Shown: positions 27,540 to 39,819 of the stretch, in pieces | Layout of the letters: the number at the start of each line of letters is the position of its first letter | Position numbering within the stretch: the first letter of the stretch is position 1 | Origin: Camelus ferus | Taxonomy: Eukaryota | NCBI RefSeq assembly: GCF_009834535.1 | Contig: NC_045705.1 | Span: 66,588,001-66,652,000, forward strand | DNA: 64,000 nucleotides | Direction: 5' to 3' | The notes under the pieces: model-generated | Databases searched by the model: none | Seen by the model: only the letters and a program-made list of their open reading frames with translations | What the model was told of the DNA's origin: nothing | Made by a program: the position numbers and the translations under genes

Positions 27540-28940
27540 TAAAACAGAGAGATCTGGACTCTGAGCTTCACACCACTCACTTGACATCAACTCCTGGATC
27601 TCAAACTTCGCCCAAACTGTGTATTATTTTCTAACCCAGCTCACTTCAGGAATCCTTCATTTCAGTATATGGCATCACTGTTCCCTTGGTTTAGTCCACG
27701 ACCTGAAGTGTCCTCGACTCTTCCCTTTCCTTCACGTCTCACATCTAACCCATCTTCAAGTGCTCTGGTTCCACCTGCCAGTATCGCCAAGATTTGTCCA
27801 CTTGTCTCTATTTCCATGACCATCACTCCTGACCAGACACCATCGCTGCTTGCCTGGATGGATCCACTCTGCCCAGTCTTGCCTCCATCCCTTCTTTCTT
27901 GGGTGTCGATCTTTGAGAGGACTCCCTAACAGACCTCCTGCTGGCCAATCACTCTCTCAGTCTGCTCCCCAGGGAGCCCAACTTAACCCACACCCTCCAC
28001 TTAGAATGAAAGCCAAATACTACTCAGCCACAAAAAATAATAACATAATGCCATTTGCATCAACATGGATGGACCTGGAGATCCTAATTCTAAGTGAAGC
28101 CAGAAAGAGAAAGAAAAATACCATATGGTATCACTTATACGTGGAATCTTAAAAAAAAAAAAAAAGACAAACAAACTTATTTACAAAACAGAAACAGACT
28201 CACAGACATAGAAAAAAAACTTATGGTTACCAATGGGGCAAGGGGGTGGGAAGGGATAAATTGGGAATATGAGATTTGTGGATTCTAACTAATATATATA
28301 AGATAGATAAACAAGTTTATACTGTATAGCACAGGGAACTATATTCAATATCTTGTAGTAACTTATGCTGAAAAAGAATAGGAAAACAAATATATATATG
28401 TTCATGTATGACTGAAGTATTGTGCTGTGCACCAGGAATTGACACAACATTGTAAACTGACTATACTTCAATTAAAAAAAAAATATATATATATATATAT
28501 ATAAAGAAAAAAAAAGAATGAAGTCCAAACTCAGTACCGTGGCCTGTACGCTGGGCATCCCCAGTCCCTGCCCTCCTGTCTGAACTCGTCTCATGTTCTT
28601 TCGCTGCTACTGACTAAGCCGCCGCCACAGTGACCCTCTTCCTGTCCACAAGCTAGCGCTTTCCTGTTTTAGGGCCTTTGCGCTGGCTGTTCTTTCTGCC
28701 TGGAGAGACTCCCACTGCTCTGTACAGGTCAGGTTCCTTCCCAGCTCTCCAGTCTCAGCCTAAATGCTATGTCTCCAAAGTAAGGACCACTTCATCTAAA
28801 GGCGCCCCCTCCTTCTATCTCAGAACACTAGATCTTTCAGCACTCATCATACCACGTCGTTATTTGATTGTTCCCACTGGACTGTAAACATCTGAGAGCA
28901 GGGGCCTTGACTGTCTTATCCCTTTCTGTTTCTATCCTTG
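27540..28940 (+). mobile_element. L2 fragment interrupted by an L1
   Basis: L2 body (CAACTCCTGGATCTCAAACTT...; CCTTTGCGCTGGCTGTT...; TGTAAACATCTGAGAGCAGGG). Confidence 0.7.
28018..28514 (+). mobile_element. 5'-truncated L1 (3' UTR and A tail) inserted into an L2
   Basis: Classic L1 3' end (ATGCCATTTGCATCAACATGGATGGACCTGGAG...GACTATACTTCAATT-An). The 15-nt TSD AGAATGAA(AG/GT)CCAAA lies at 28003-28017 and 28515-28529. L2 sequence continues on both sides. Confidence 0.9.
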
Positions 28941-29072
28941 ATATGCCTGAACTTCAGGGCCATTTTCTCCCTCAGACACCAAAGGCCTCTGAGCTTTCCA
29001 AGGACTGTAAAAATGTTAGAGCCTAGAAAAAAATTTTTATTGCAGCCAAAATTAAAAAAAAAAATTGCTATA

Positions 29073-29215
29073 GGGGGAGAAGGTACAGCTCAAGTGGTAG
29101 AATGCATGCTTAGCATGCATGAGGTCTTGGGTTCAATTCCCAGTATCTCCATTTAAAAAATAATTTAATAAATAAATCTAATTACCCCCCCCCAAAAAAA
29201 AACAAAACTAGAAAA
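29073..29215 (+). mobile_element. tRNA-Ala-derived SINE (vic-1-like)
   Basis: Same head, linker, C-run and A-tail structure; imperfect TSD AAAAAT(TG/A)CTATA. Confidence 0.88.
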
Positions 29216-29638
29216 AAATACTATATATTTAATTAAACGCCTATAAAATAAAGTCATTTCATGGACTTTATTGTTAAACTTAACATTTATAAAAATTGTG
29301 GTACAACTGAAAAGGATTTATGAGTTAGAATTTCTCAACCCCAAACCATCTGGATGATACAGGATGATTGCTTAAAAACATCACAGCAAATTATAATTGA
29401 AACAAGTTACATGAAGTTGGATAATTTCAAGAGCAAAATTATAAAATTCCTTTCAAAAAATTTACAGCAAAATATGATTTAGTGCGGGACATAGGTGCAT
29501 TTGATCATCTGTGATAAAATGTAGGGTGGGGACCCCAAAAGTTTGACAGACTAAGACTAACAAGGGTGAAAAAAAGACCCTTCTTTGGCCAATAGTGGGC
29601 TTGCTCTAATATTTCTTCAATGACTGACTGCATGGAAA

Positions 29639-29671
29639 GATGGATGGATGGATGGATGCATGGATGGATGG
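29639..29671. repeat. (GGAT)n microsatellite
   Basis: Near-perfect tetranucleotide run. Other simple repeats: (GA)n 21525-21551, (TA)n 28483-28502, C17 12084-12100. Confidence 0.9.
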
Positions 29672-31759
29672 TAGAGAATCTGGGACCCAGGTCTTGAGCC
29701 CAGACTCCTTTCCTGGAGGTGAATTTATCTCAGGGGCTGTCTCTTGGCCTTGAGTGAGCAGCTCTGGTCCACCTCCAGGTCTCCCTGGCTGAATCATTAG
29801 GCCTAGGGTTAGGGTACCAATCTTCTGTACCTCCACCCCCAAGCAATCTAGAGCTTCATGCATAAATTGATCCATATCCTCACTGCTTTGTGGCCAAGAT
29901 CTCAGGCTGCAGCGCCTTCAGAGAGCCCCAGAAGATTCTTGTTACACCCTAATCCCAGAATGACCCTCAACTCACCTCACAGTTGCATAACTTAGAGGAG
30001 CCATTGGATAACAGCCACTATAATAATAATGCATAGCTGGGACTCATTCCATGCCCTGGGCTACACCCTTCACAGGAACTCTTTTAATTTAGAAAGGTCA
30101 TCTCTAGGTGATCTGGGGCCTTCAGGCCTTGAAGTAGGAGAGGATGGCATTTCAGAACTCCTTCAGGGGAACCCACTTAAATTTCTGCCTTAACCTTCCA
30201 GCAAGTGGTTATTTTGGGGAGTTTGGTCCAATGAGGTTTAGTGATTTAACACCTGAAACTAGATCCAAGCTAAGGCTGATACCATCATTCACAGGGTGGG
30301 GGTAGGGAAGAAGGGTGGGAGCCTGTGATGCAAGAATTGCAAGAGATCAGTTTGTTCAAGGAAACCCAGTGACCTGCGGTCTGGCAGGAAGCAGTCATAG
30401 GCCAAGTTGCAAGCGTCCAAAGGTTGTGTGGGGTGAGGTGGCACACAGACCCTCCTGGCATAGAGGAATACAGACCCGTGAGTGACGGTGGTCGGAGAGT
30501 CAGCAGCTGGCAAGGCACCCTCACCTGGCCCCCAGGTGCTGGGATCGCAGCCCAGAGGAAACCCATCCCCATTCTGGTCCAGAGCCTCGGGGGCTGGGTT
30601 CCCTTGTATGCCCAAGACGTGCCTCAGTGCCAGCCTCCTCACCCTTTCCTGGGATGCTCCTGCCGGGCTCCTCCCTGCCCCATCCCCCAGGCTGTTTCCA
30701 GACTCCAGGCAGCAGTCTGTTTTCCAAGGGGCCAAATCTTGGTCCTCAGCAGGTGTCTCTCTATAGATGGACAGATTTCCAAGTAACACCTGAGCCAATC
30801 CTGTGCTTCCCAGAGAACTCCTTAGTCAACAGAGCCTACTTCCTGGTGGCCTCTGAGACGCTGCGGGATAGTTGTCTATGGTCTATGGAGAATGTCCCCC
30901 AAAGCCTGTGTTCTTTCCCCGGCACCACGCTGTCAACATGCCATTGACACTGGAATCGGGGACCTCATCGCCTCATCTATAAAACAGCGGTTAATGTTGG
31001 TGCTTACACTGGTTGTTGTGAAGAATAAAGGAGTTAATGCCCGAAATGCCCTCAGAACAGAGCCTGGCAAGTAGTAAAAGCTTTAAAATATATTTATTGT
31101 TATAATAATAATAATAACGACATATCATGAATCCTTCAGACTTTTGTGAGTAGCTTCTATTGAATTGTTTACGGAGAGCTTTGAGATGACCCACGGCACC
31201 CCACCTCCCCACCTCAGTTGATAGATATAAACCAAGTGAGCAGATTTGCCCAAGGCCCTAAATAGTGGACCTAGAAATAAGGTTTGGGTCATCTGTCTTC
31301 AAGGCAGGTTTGTCCACTGAAAAGAGGATGAACCCTTAGATTCAGGGCTCCCTGTGAGCATTAAATGCAAGGGTTGTAGAAAACCACCTATCTGGCATGC
31401 TGACTTGTCCAGCACATAGTAGGTGCTTAATATGGTTGGTTTTTCTTTTTTCGCCACCCCCAGGCCAGTGCTCTGGGCTCTTGGCTGAGTCCAGGGTTAA
31501 GAGCTGACACCAGTTAGGAGCCTGGAGGACAGAAGACTTTAATGGTGGTGGGGCAGTGGGCAGTGGGAGCTCTCTGGCAGATGTAAGGTGGCACCAACAT
31601 CAAAAAGGACCCTCTGGTGTCTTGTTCTCCCCTCCCCCATTGTAGCAGAAGGACGCAGGCTCTGGAGTCACCCAGTCTCTACCACTCATTTTTTTATGTA
31701 CCAGTTTTTTTGAGCTGTAATTCATATACAAGTCGTCCATTTAAAGTGTGTAATTCAAA

Positions 31760-31890
31760 GGGGGAGGGTATAGCTCAGCAGTAGAACGCATGCTTAACTC
31801 AATCCCCAGTACCTCCATTAAAAAATAAATAAGTAAATAAAACCCTAATTACCTGTCTCTCCAAAAAAATGTTTTTAAAAAGCATATCTA
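31760..31890 (+). mobile_element. tRNA-Ala-derived SINE (vic-1-like), internally deleted, nested in an old L1
   Basis: The head lacks about 20 nt before the B box; imperfect TSD GTGTGTAAT(T/C)CAA. Confidence 0.82.
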
Positions 31891-32677
31891 ACGTGTGTAA
31901 TCCAATGGTTTTTGGTAAACTCTCAGAGCTGTACAATAATCACCACAATCAATTCAGAACATTTTCATCACCTCCAAAATAGACCCCATACTCATTAGCA
32001 GTCATTCCCCATTTTCCTCATCCCCTCCCAGCCACTGGCAACTACTCATCTACTTTTTCTCTCTCTGGATATTTCATATAAATGCAATCATATAATATGT
32101 GGTCTTTTGTGTCTGGCTTCTTTTACTTAGTGTAATTTTCCAAGGTTCATTCATGTTATATATAGTATGTATCAGTGTTTCATTCCTTTTTTTTTCTGCT
32201 GAATAATGGTCCATTATATGGAGATANNNNNNNNNNNNNNNNNNNNNNNNNNNNNNNNNNNNNNNNNNNNNNNNNNNNNNNNNNNNNNNNNNNNNNNNNN
32301 NNNNNNNNNNNNNNNNNNNNNNNNNNNNNNNNNNNNNNNNNNNNNNNNNNNNNNNNNNNNNNNNNNNNNNNNNNNTGGAACTGCTGGGTTACACAGTAAC
32401 TCCACATTGAACTCTTTGAGGAAATGCCAGATTGTTTTCCAAGACAGCTGTACCACTTTCCATCCCCACCAGTGGTGTATGAGGGTTCCAGTTTCTCCAC
32501 GTCTGCCAACATGTTACNNNNNNNNNNNNNNNNNNNNNNNNNNNNNNNNNNNNNNNNNNNNNNNNNNNNNNNNNNNNNNNNNNNNNNNNNNNNNNNNNNN
32601 NNNNNNNNNNNNNNNNNNNNNNNNNNNNNNNNNNNNNNNNNNNNNNNNNNNNNNNCTTTGCTTATTTAAAAATTGGT

Positions 32678-32800
32678 GGGGAGGGTATAGCTCAGTGGTA
32701 AAGTGCATGCGTAGCATGCATGAGGTCCTGGGTTCAATCCCCCATGCCTCCATTAAAATAAATAAGTAAATAAATCTAATTATCTCCCCTTCCCACCAAG
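32678..32800 (+). mobile_element. tRNA-Ala-derived SINE (vic-1-like), nested in an old L1
   Basis: GGGGAGGGTATAGCTCAGTGG...GGTTCAATCCC head and AATAA-rich linker. Confidence 0.86.
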
Positions 32801-33039
32801 TTGAGTTGTCTTTTTATTATTGAGCTGTATTTTTAAAAATATATATATTCTAGATACAATTCCCTTATCAGATATATAATTTGTAAATCTTTCTTCCCAT
32901 CCTGTGGGATGGCTTTCAGTTTCTTGATGGTGTCCATGGAAGGACAAGTTCTACATTTTAATCTATCACTTATTAACTATAAGACCTTCAGCATGTTGCT
33001 CTGCTTCTGTGACAATTTATTCATCTGTGGAGCGAGCAT

Positions 33040-33218
33040 GTCAACATCTCTCAGGGATGAGATGAGGCTCAGAAAGCCTGGAGCACAGGGCTTGGCTGGG
33101 CTTGGACAGAACCTACACTCTCATGGTCTCCTCTAACCCTAATTACCTCCCAAAGGACATACCTCCAAACACCGTCTCATGTGAGTTCTGGGGGGACACA
33201 AACATTTAGTCCACAGCA
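33040..33218. mobile_element. MLT1-type LTR fragment
   Basis: CCTAATTACCTCCCAAAGG...GGGGGACACAAACATTTAGTCCACAGCA terminal segment; left boundary approximate. Confidence 0.65.
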
Positions 33219-33664
33219 AGGCCTAACTCAGTGGTATTAGGTGAACTTTGCACTTCGTAATTAACTTGTTTTTCAGTGATGTTTTGGTAACATTTTAAAC
33301 AAATAAATCTTTTACATATTTTTAGGCCCCAGACTGACCTAGAAAACTACAGATTTGTGATATCTGTGCAGCTACACAAGACATAACTGTATTAGTATGC
33401 TGTTCAAAGAGGATTCCTATCTTTAGCAAAATTTCTGTCAGTCTAAGAAAAACTGTTTGCCTCTGGACTCCACTTGGATGCCCTGCAGGCATATCAAAGT
33501 NNNNNNNNNNNNNNNNNNNNNNNNNNNNNNNNNNNNNNNNNNNNNNNNNNNNNNNNNNNNNNNNNNNNNNNNNNNNNNNNNNNNNNNNNNNNNNNNNNNN
33601 NNNNNNNNNNNNNNNNNNNNNNNNNNNNNNNNNNNNNNNNNNNNNNNNNNNNNNNNNNNNNNNN

Positions 33665-34256
33665 AAAGATACATGCACCCCAATGTTCATAGCAGCATTA
33701 TATATAATAGCCAAGACATGGAAGCGACCTAAATGTCCATTGACAGAGGNNNNNNNNNNNNNNNNNNNNNNNNNNNNNNNNNNNNNNNNNNNNNNNNNNN
33801 NNNNNNNNNNNNNNNNNNNNNNNNNNNNNNNNNNNNNNNNNNNNNNNNNNNNNNNNNNNNNNNNNNNNNNNNNNNNNNNNNNNNNNNNNNNNNNNNNNNA
33901 GATATCACTCATATGTGGAATCTAAAAAAAAGAAAAGAAAAAAAGAAAAAAGAGGACATATGAACTCATCTACAAAACAGAAACAGACTTGCAGACATAG
34001 TAAACAGTTATCAGTGGAAAGGGGGTGTGAAGGGATAAATTTAGGAGTTTGAGATTTGCAAAGGTTAACCACTATATATAAAAATAGATAAACAACAAAT
34101 TTCTTCTGTATAGCACAGGGAACTATATTCAATATCTTCAATATGAATTCAATATGAAAATGAATATATGTGTATATATATGCATAACTGGGACACTGTG
34201 CTGTACACCAGAAACTGACATGTTGTAACTGACTATACTTTAATTTAAAAAAAAAG
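33665..34256 (+). mobile_element. L1 3' end (ORF2 tail and 3' UTR), gapped
   Basis: CTPMFIAALYIIAKTWK-type ORF2 C-terminus and the same 3' UTR family as 28018-28514. Confidence 0.85.
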
Positions 34257-34269
34257 TGTAAATACAAAG

Positions 34270-35010
34270 TTAACCTTTTGGGGGCTGAACTCATCGTCTT
34301 CCCCCACCTCCATCCTACCAAATCCTCCATCCTCCCATTCCATGAAAGGCTTCACCAGAGGCCCATGCTGGACGCCCAGGAGGTGTCCTTGGCTTTCTGC
34401 CCTCATTCCCCACATCCAGTCATCGCCAAAATGCTGCCAAGTTGGTCTTATAAAAGTTCGTCTCTGCTCATTTTCCCCCTGAAGCAGCCTCCACCCTGGT
34501 CTGTCCGTCTCCAACCTGGCAGCCTCCTAACCCTCACCCACCATGCAGCCAAATGTCACTCTTCTGACTACAGCCTGTCCAAACCCCATTATTTCTCTGA
34601 CCCAGTTCCCAAGCTATCCCCAACTGCCACTCCAGCCATACTGGCCTCCACAGACCCACCAGGCACACATCCATCTCAGGGCTTTTGTACTTACATTAGC
34701 TCTGTCTAGAATATTCTTTCCCCAGATATCACACAGCTCTCTTTCCACTCCTCCCAGTCTTTGCTCAAATACTCCATCCTCTGATCCCCTATTTTAAATT
34801 GCTAATCTCTGAATTTTCTTTCTGTTTTGGCTTTTTTCCTCCAGATCATTTGTCATCATTTCTCATACCATTTGTTTTACCTGCATGACTGCGGTGTCCT
34901 CTCCCAGCGGAACGTGAAGGATCCTTGTCTATACTGTTCAATGTGGCATCCTCGGCACCTAGACCAGCCCCTGGCCCAGAGCAGGTGCTCAGCGGGTATT
35001 TGCTGATGAA
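34270..35010 (+). mobile_element. L2 fragment
   Basis: Degenerate L2 body ending GGTGCTCAGCGGGTATTTGCTGATGAAT. Confidence 0.65.
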
Positions 35011-36634
35011 TACATGGCTCCCCACCACCTACAGTACAAAGCCCATACTTGACCTGGGCCTGCCTCCCCCTCCAGCCTCACTCCCTTCCAGGCACTTTAA
35101 GGCTGGTTATGCCAAAGTGCTTGTAGTTGTCCCACATATGCTATGCTCCTCTTCCATACTCCTGCTTGTGTGGGGCTTAGAAACCTCCTCTTCTCTGCCA
35201 CCATGTGCCTGATAACTCCCACTCAGTCTTCTAGAATCCAGATGCTGCTTAAGTGTGGCCCTCTCTGGGAAGCTATCCCTCATCACCCTTCCCCTACCAA
35301 CCCCCCAGTTGAATGTCCTTTTTGTGAGCTCCCACTGTAGCCTTTACTTCACTTGCCATAGTGGTGACATTATCTTTTCTACTAAACCTTAAACTCCTCA
35401 GTGACAGGGTCTAGTTCTCTCTGGTTTCCTCTGGCTCTGCACCCCCACTGGGCCCCAAGCAGCGCCTGGAACTTGGGAGGAGTTCCATGAACGTGCTCTG
35501 TGGCCTGAAAGAAGAATGATGTGGGCCTTGGAGTCACTGCTGGGGATCCAGTTGGCGGGCAGAAAGCTGATTTCCTCAGGGTACAGGCAATAGTGAAAGC
35601 TCAACATTTGACCATATTCAGCTTCTTCCCCTGGGCTTCAACTGGGCAGACTTGTTTTTGATAATTTTGTGAAACTGTGGAGTGGTTAAGAATATATCCT
35701 TGGAGTCAGACCTCTGCCATGTTCCTGGCTGTGTGACCTTGGGCAAGTTCCATAACCACTCTGTGCCTCTGTTTCCTCATTTGGACCTTGAAATCACAGC
35801 CATACGTACCTCACTGCATTGCCATGAGAACTAAATGAATCACTGCAGGAAAAGTGTTCAGAATGGAGCCTGGCACTTAATAATCACTATATAGTATTAA
35901 CAAGTAAGATTAAAATTCCTTTTAAAAGAAGTTTTAAAAGTGAGTCAATATAGAGAAAAGTGTTTGGTAAAAAACATTGCAAGGAAGAGGTGTGCCAAAC
36001 ACTGAAACCCCAAGACCAAGAGGGGTGGGACTATAGTCTTAGTGGATTCAGGAGCACCTGGGCCCAAGTCTGGTCCCTACCTGCACCTGTGAGCCATTGG
36101 CACTTGGCTTAAGCTCTGCGGGTCTCAGCTTCGCAGTGTCCAGGTCACCAAAAGCCAATCTGCTTGTCTAGCAGCTAGATGACCAATTTGTGGAATTACT
36201 GATTTTTTTTTTTACGTTGTAGTTTTACTTCTGGCTTTGCCTTCAACATCTTATAAGCAAACAAGCTGGTCAACCAAACCCTTCCCCCACTTTTTCTGCC
36301 CCTGCCCCAGGAATGGCCCACTCCCCTGACTCATGTCTCACTGTCCCCACCACCATCCTTACTACTGCCTTTGCCCCCATCTCTGCCCCTTCCTCTACTA
36401 AAAAAAAAAATACAGACAGAATCCTCCAGACTGTTTCTGGGGTTTCATGATGTCTAATACTGCTGACACGTTATTTGCCTTTTCTGCCCTCACTGTCTCC
36501 AGAGGAGAGTGTTTTCCAGAGGCTGCATGCCGTGTGATATTGCAACAGATACAGCAGAAACATAAATGAAAATCCAGTTGTCTCCCATTAAGGAGATTTG
36601 CTAAAGAGTAAAATAGCCACTCATCACTTCTTTA

Positions 36635-36776
36635 AAAAAATTTTTTTTAAATTTTTTTTGGGGAGGTAATTAGGTTTTACTTATTTATTTATTTTTAGGG
36701 GAGGTACTGGGAACTGAACCCAGGACCTTGTGTATGCTAAGCATGTGCTCTACCACTTAAGCTATACCCTCTCCCC
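36635..36776 (-). mobile_element. tRNA-Ala-derived SINE (vic-1-like)
   Basis: Reverse-complement head, linker, CCTAATTACCTCCCC body and A tail. Confidence 0.86.
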
Positions 36777-37201
36777 TTTCACTCCTTTTTTTTAAAAAAT
36801 TATTTTTTGTAAAATACATGATCTCTGTAATAATATAATGGGATTAGTGTTAATTTAAATAACTAATAAATATATATTTAAATGTGCAAATGAATGAGCC
36901 ATCCCTTTGATGCGATAGCAAATAGAGAAGATATTGGGCTTTTAGGGGCTGAATTTTTATGCAGAAAGGCTGCAGCACATCACAGCCTGGAAGTAAAGTT
37001 ATTTGTCTGATGGCCTCCAGATCTAGGGCAAGCACTAAACTAAAACTTCCACAAAAATCCTTTGTAATTTAGAGACTTGATTTTCGTCCAGTTATCCTAG
37101 AGTCCAGTTTCCCCAGGGGAGGTAACAGTGCCTTCTCTTTCTTTGCAAGATTGTTGGGAGGATTAAATGAAATAATATCCTTAAAGCACCTGAGCATGGC
37201 A

Positions 37202-37291
37202 CTTGGCGAACAGTTGATTCTCAACACAACTTTTGCTGGGGTGGGACCTGGCAAACAGTTGATTCTCAACACAACTTCTGCTGGGGTGGGA
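37202..37291. repeat. Two-copy 45-nt tandem duplication
   Basis: Units 37202-37246 and 37247-37291 (C[T/C]TGGC[G/A]AACAGTTGATTCTCAACACAACTT[T/C]TGCTGGGGTGGGA), 3 mismatches. Confidence 0.9.
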
Positions 37292-38189
37292 CCAGGGACT
37301 TCTAGCTGTATGGAGGCCTGGCTCAGAGCAGGGGCCTCCACTGCAGCCAGACCCTCAGGGTAAAGGACTTAAAGTTCCCAGATCTGGGTTTAAGTCATGA
37401 CTCCACCAGTTCAGAGGCAAGTTACATTCAACTGAGTCTCAGCTGAATGACTGTGAAAAGCACTTTGTCATCAGCAGAGCATGGATGAACATTAGTTAGC
37501 ATTATTATTATTACATTCACCAAATCCATAAATAGGATCAGCAGTGGGGAATTGCACAGCAATGGGTTTAAGTCTGGGACTTTGGCAAAGTTAGTCCTAG
37601 GCCTTTAGATTTCCACATCCAAACACCAGGCTGAAAGGCCAGGACCTGCTGAGGAAGTGTCTTGAAGCAGGCCTAGGAGGCTCCGCATCTCCTGTGTCCT
37701 CCCTTCTAGAGCCTGTTCCAGGCTTGATGATGCCTTTTCATGCTACTCGAGGCCCAGATGCCACAGCTGTGCCTGTATGTCTAAGACTGTACCCTCCCTG
37801 CCCTACTTCTGTGCACTAACCCCACCCAGAATTGTCAGTGGTGATTCCAGAGGATGAATTCACGTGAAGTAATATTTCCTAAAGTTTATTTCCCAATAAC
37901 CATAATGGATATGAAGGAATAAAAGGGTTCTTTGGTCAAAGTTAAACTGGTTTGTGTCTTGTAAGACCTATCAGAGCTTTCAGTATGCTAATATGTACTG
38001 TGAATCCCTGAGGGAATTCAGGATCATAGTATGTAATGTTCCCCAAAGTTATTTGACCATGGACCCTTTTTCCAGGACTATCACCTGGGATTAATTACTA
38101 GGCACACACTTTGGGAAATGCTGCACTAAGCTTCACAGCTTCCTTCTCCTGCGTGTGTTTTCTTTTTAGAGGGGCTGATGCCAAAACAC

Positions 38190-38398
38190 TTCCATTAGCA
38201 AACTATAGCCTCCAGCAGCCACCTATTTTTTTAAATAAAGTTTTATTGGAACACAGCCCTGCCTATTTACTTATATTTATTTATAATTGCTTTCATACAA
38301 CAAAAGCAAAGTGGAGCCTTGCGACAGAAACCATATCGCTCACAAAGCCTAAAATATTTAGTACTCTCTGGCTCTTTAAAGAAGTTTGCGACCCCTGC
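38190..38398 (+). mobile_element. MER58A-like hAT MITE
   Basis: GCAAACT...TAAATAAAGTTTTATTGGAACACAGCC...AAAGCCTAAAATATTTA...TTTGCGACCCCTG. Confidence 0.8.
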
Positions 38399-39099
38399 TG
38401 TAGTGTCTCTCACCTGGGTCATGTGTAACTTCGAAGAGGGTGAAGCAGTTAGGCCGGGAGAGAAGCCACAATAGAAATGCTAACTGTAGCATATGTGCCT
38501 GGAGGGCCAATTGAATTCAAAGATAAGTAATAGTAAGCATCATTTGTATAGTAAAACAAACATGGACACATAACAGAGTAGAATGCAAATTTTGCATACA
38601 TTTAAAAAATAAACGACTCTTAATAAATTTCTCAGGCTAGCACTGCTTTCCCCTGTTGTTCCCCCAATCCCCACCACCACCCCAGTCCCTCACACCTGAC
38701 TAAGACGCTTATTTCCATTCCTCTATTCTAAGGGGTACCTGGGTGGAAAAGTTTGAGAAGTGTTGTTTTATTGGGAGAACAAAACAAAGTGGGTGTTTAT
38801 CTATCAGCAAATGGTGAATGGGGATTTTTTGGATCAGGTGAGGCAGACTGGGTCTAAGGGCTCTCTTCCCACTTCTTACAGAATTGGTACACCAAGACAC
38901 GTGTAGGTTTCTGGGTCGGACAGACCTGGGCTTGGGTCCTGACTCTCCCATTAACTACCTTTATGACCCTGGGCAAATTACTTTACCTGAGTCTTCATTT
39001 CGTCAACTGTAAAATGGTGATTAAAATACATACTTTACAAGGCAGTTATGAGAAGTCTATGAGATCAGGCAGGGAGAGTGTTCTGCACAATTTAAGAAC

Positions 39100-39790
39100 T
39101 TAATAAGTGTTAACTATGAACATGTTAGCTAAATTTTCTGAATATATAAAGAGCTCTGAAAAATCAAGAAAGCAAAACAGTCAAAACCAGTTGAAAAGTG
39201 GGCAAAGGGCTTGCACAGTTTGCAAAAAAACAAACAGCTTTAAACATAAAAGATGCAACTTCATTCATAAAAGAGATGAGAACCCAACTCAAATGAGACT
39301 ATTTTTCATCCATTAGACGGTAAAGATGAAACAATCTGATAACCCTATTGGTGGGGGTGGGGAAAAAGTGATATTCATGCAATGCTGATGATAATGCAAA
39401 TTGTTATCACCTTTATGGAGGATAATGAGTAGTATCTATCAAAATTACAAATGCTTATGCTTAGATATAATTCCACTTTCAGGAATTTAAACTATAGATA
39501 TAGTTGCAAATGCAAAATAGATGAACAAGGATTTTTTTTAGAGCATTGTTTTTGTTTGTAATGTCCAACAAATAAGGGACTGGTTAAACAAAATAAAAAT
39601 ACACACAGTTGGATACTGTATAGCTATCAAAAAAGAATAAGGCAGCTCTGTGTGTACTGATGCGGGATGAACTTGAGGCAAGTTAGGCAAAAAAATAAAG
39701 GGCAAAATGGGACAGCATGCTATTGCTGGTGTAGTTATAAACATATGCATAGACATAGATTCATACATGCTCATGTGTGCACAGGCCAGC
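39100..39790 (+). mobile_element. Ancient L1ME-type 3' fragment
   Basis: Degenerate L1 ORF2 end and 3' UTR features; boundaries approximate. Confidence 0.55.
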
Positions 39791-39819
39791 TCTGAAATGG
39801 TTCTTACAATTGTCTCCAA

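Larger units (their letters stand above)
31690..32960 (-). mobile_element. Old L1M fragment (antisense) containing two SINEs and two gaps
   Basis: Typical antisense L1 3' sequence (TGTACAATAATCACCACAATC...TGGCTTCTTTTACTTAGT...ACTTTCCATCCCCACCAG); boundaries approximate. Confidence 0.75.

Noticed and set aside
33322-33500. 59-codon protein-looking minus frame (FLRLTEILLKIGILFEQHT...)
   Set aside because: It is short, has no start or recognisable family, and abuts a gap and an L1. It is within chance expectation, although a BLAST would settle it.
32175-33963. ORFs containing long X runs (also at 47665-48034, 57502-57877, 58660-58992 and 60387-63344)
   Set aside because: Their length comes from translating N-gaps.
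37202-37291. CRISPR-like or other prokaryotic repeat system
   Set aside because: Only two abutting units with no spacers, in clearly mammalian DNA; no prokaryotic or viral coding content was seen in the window.
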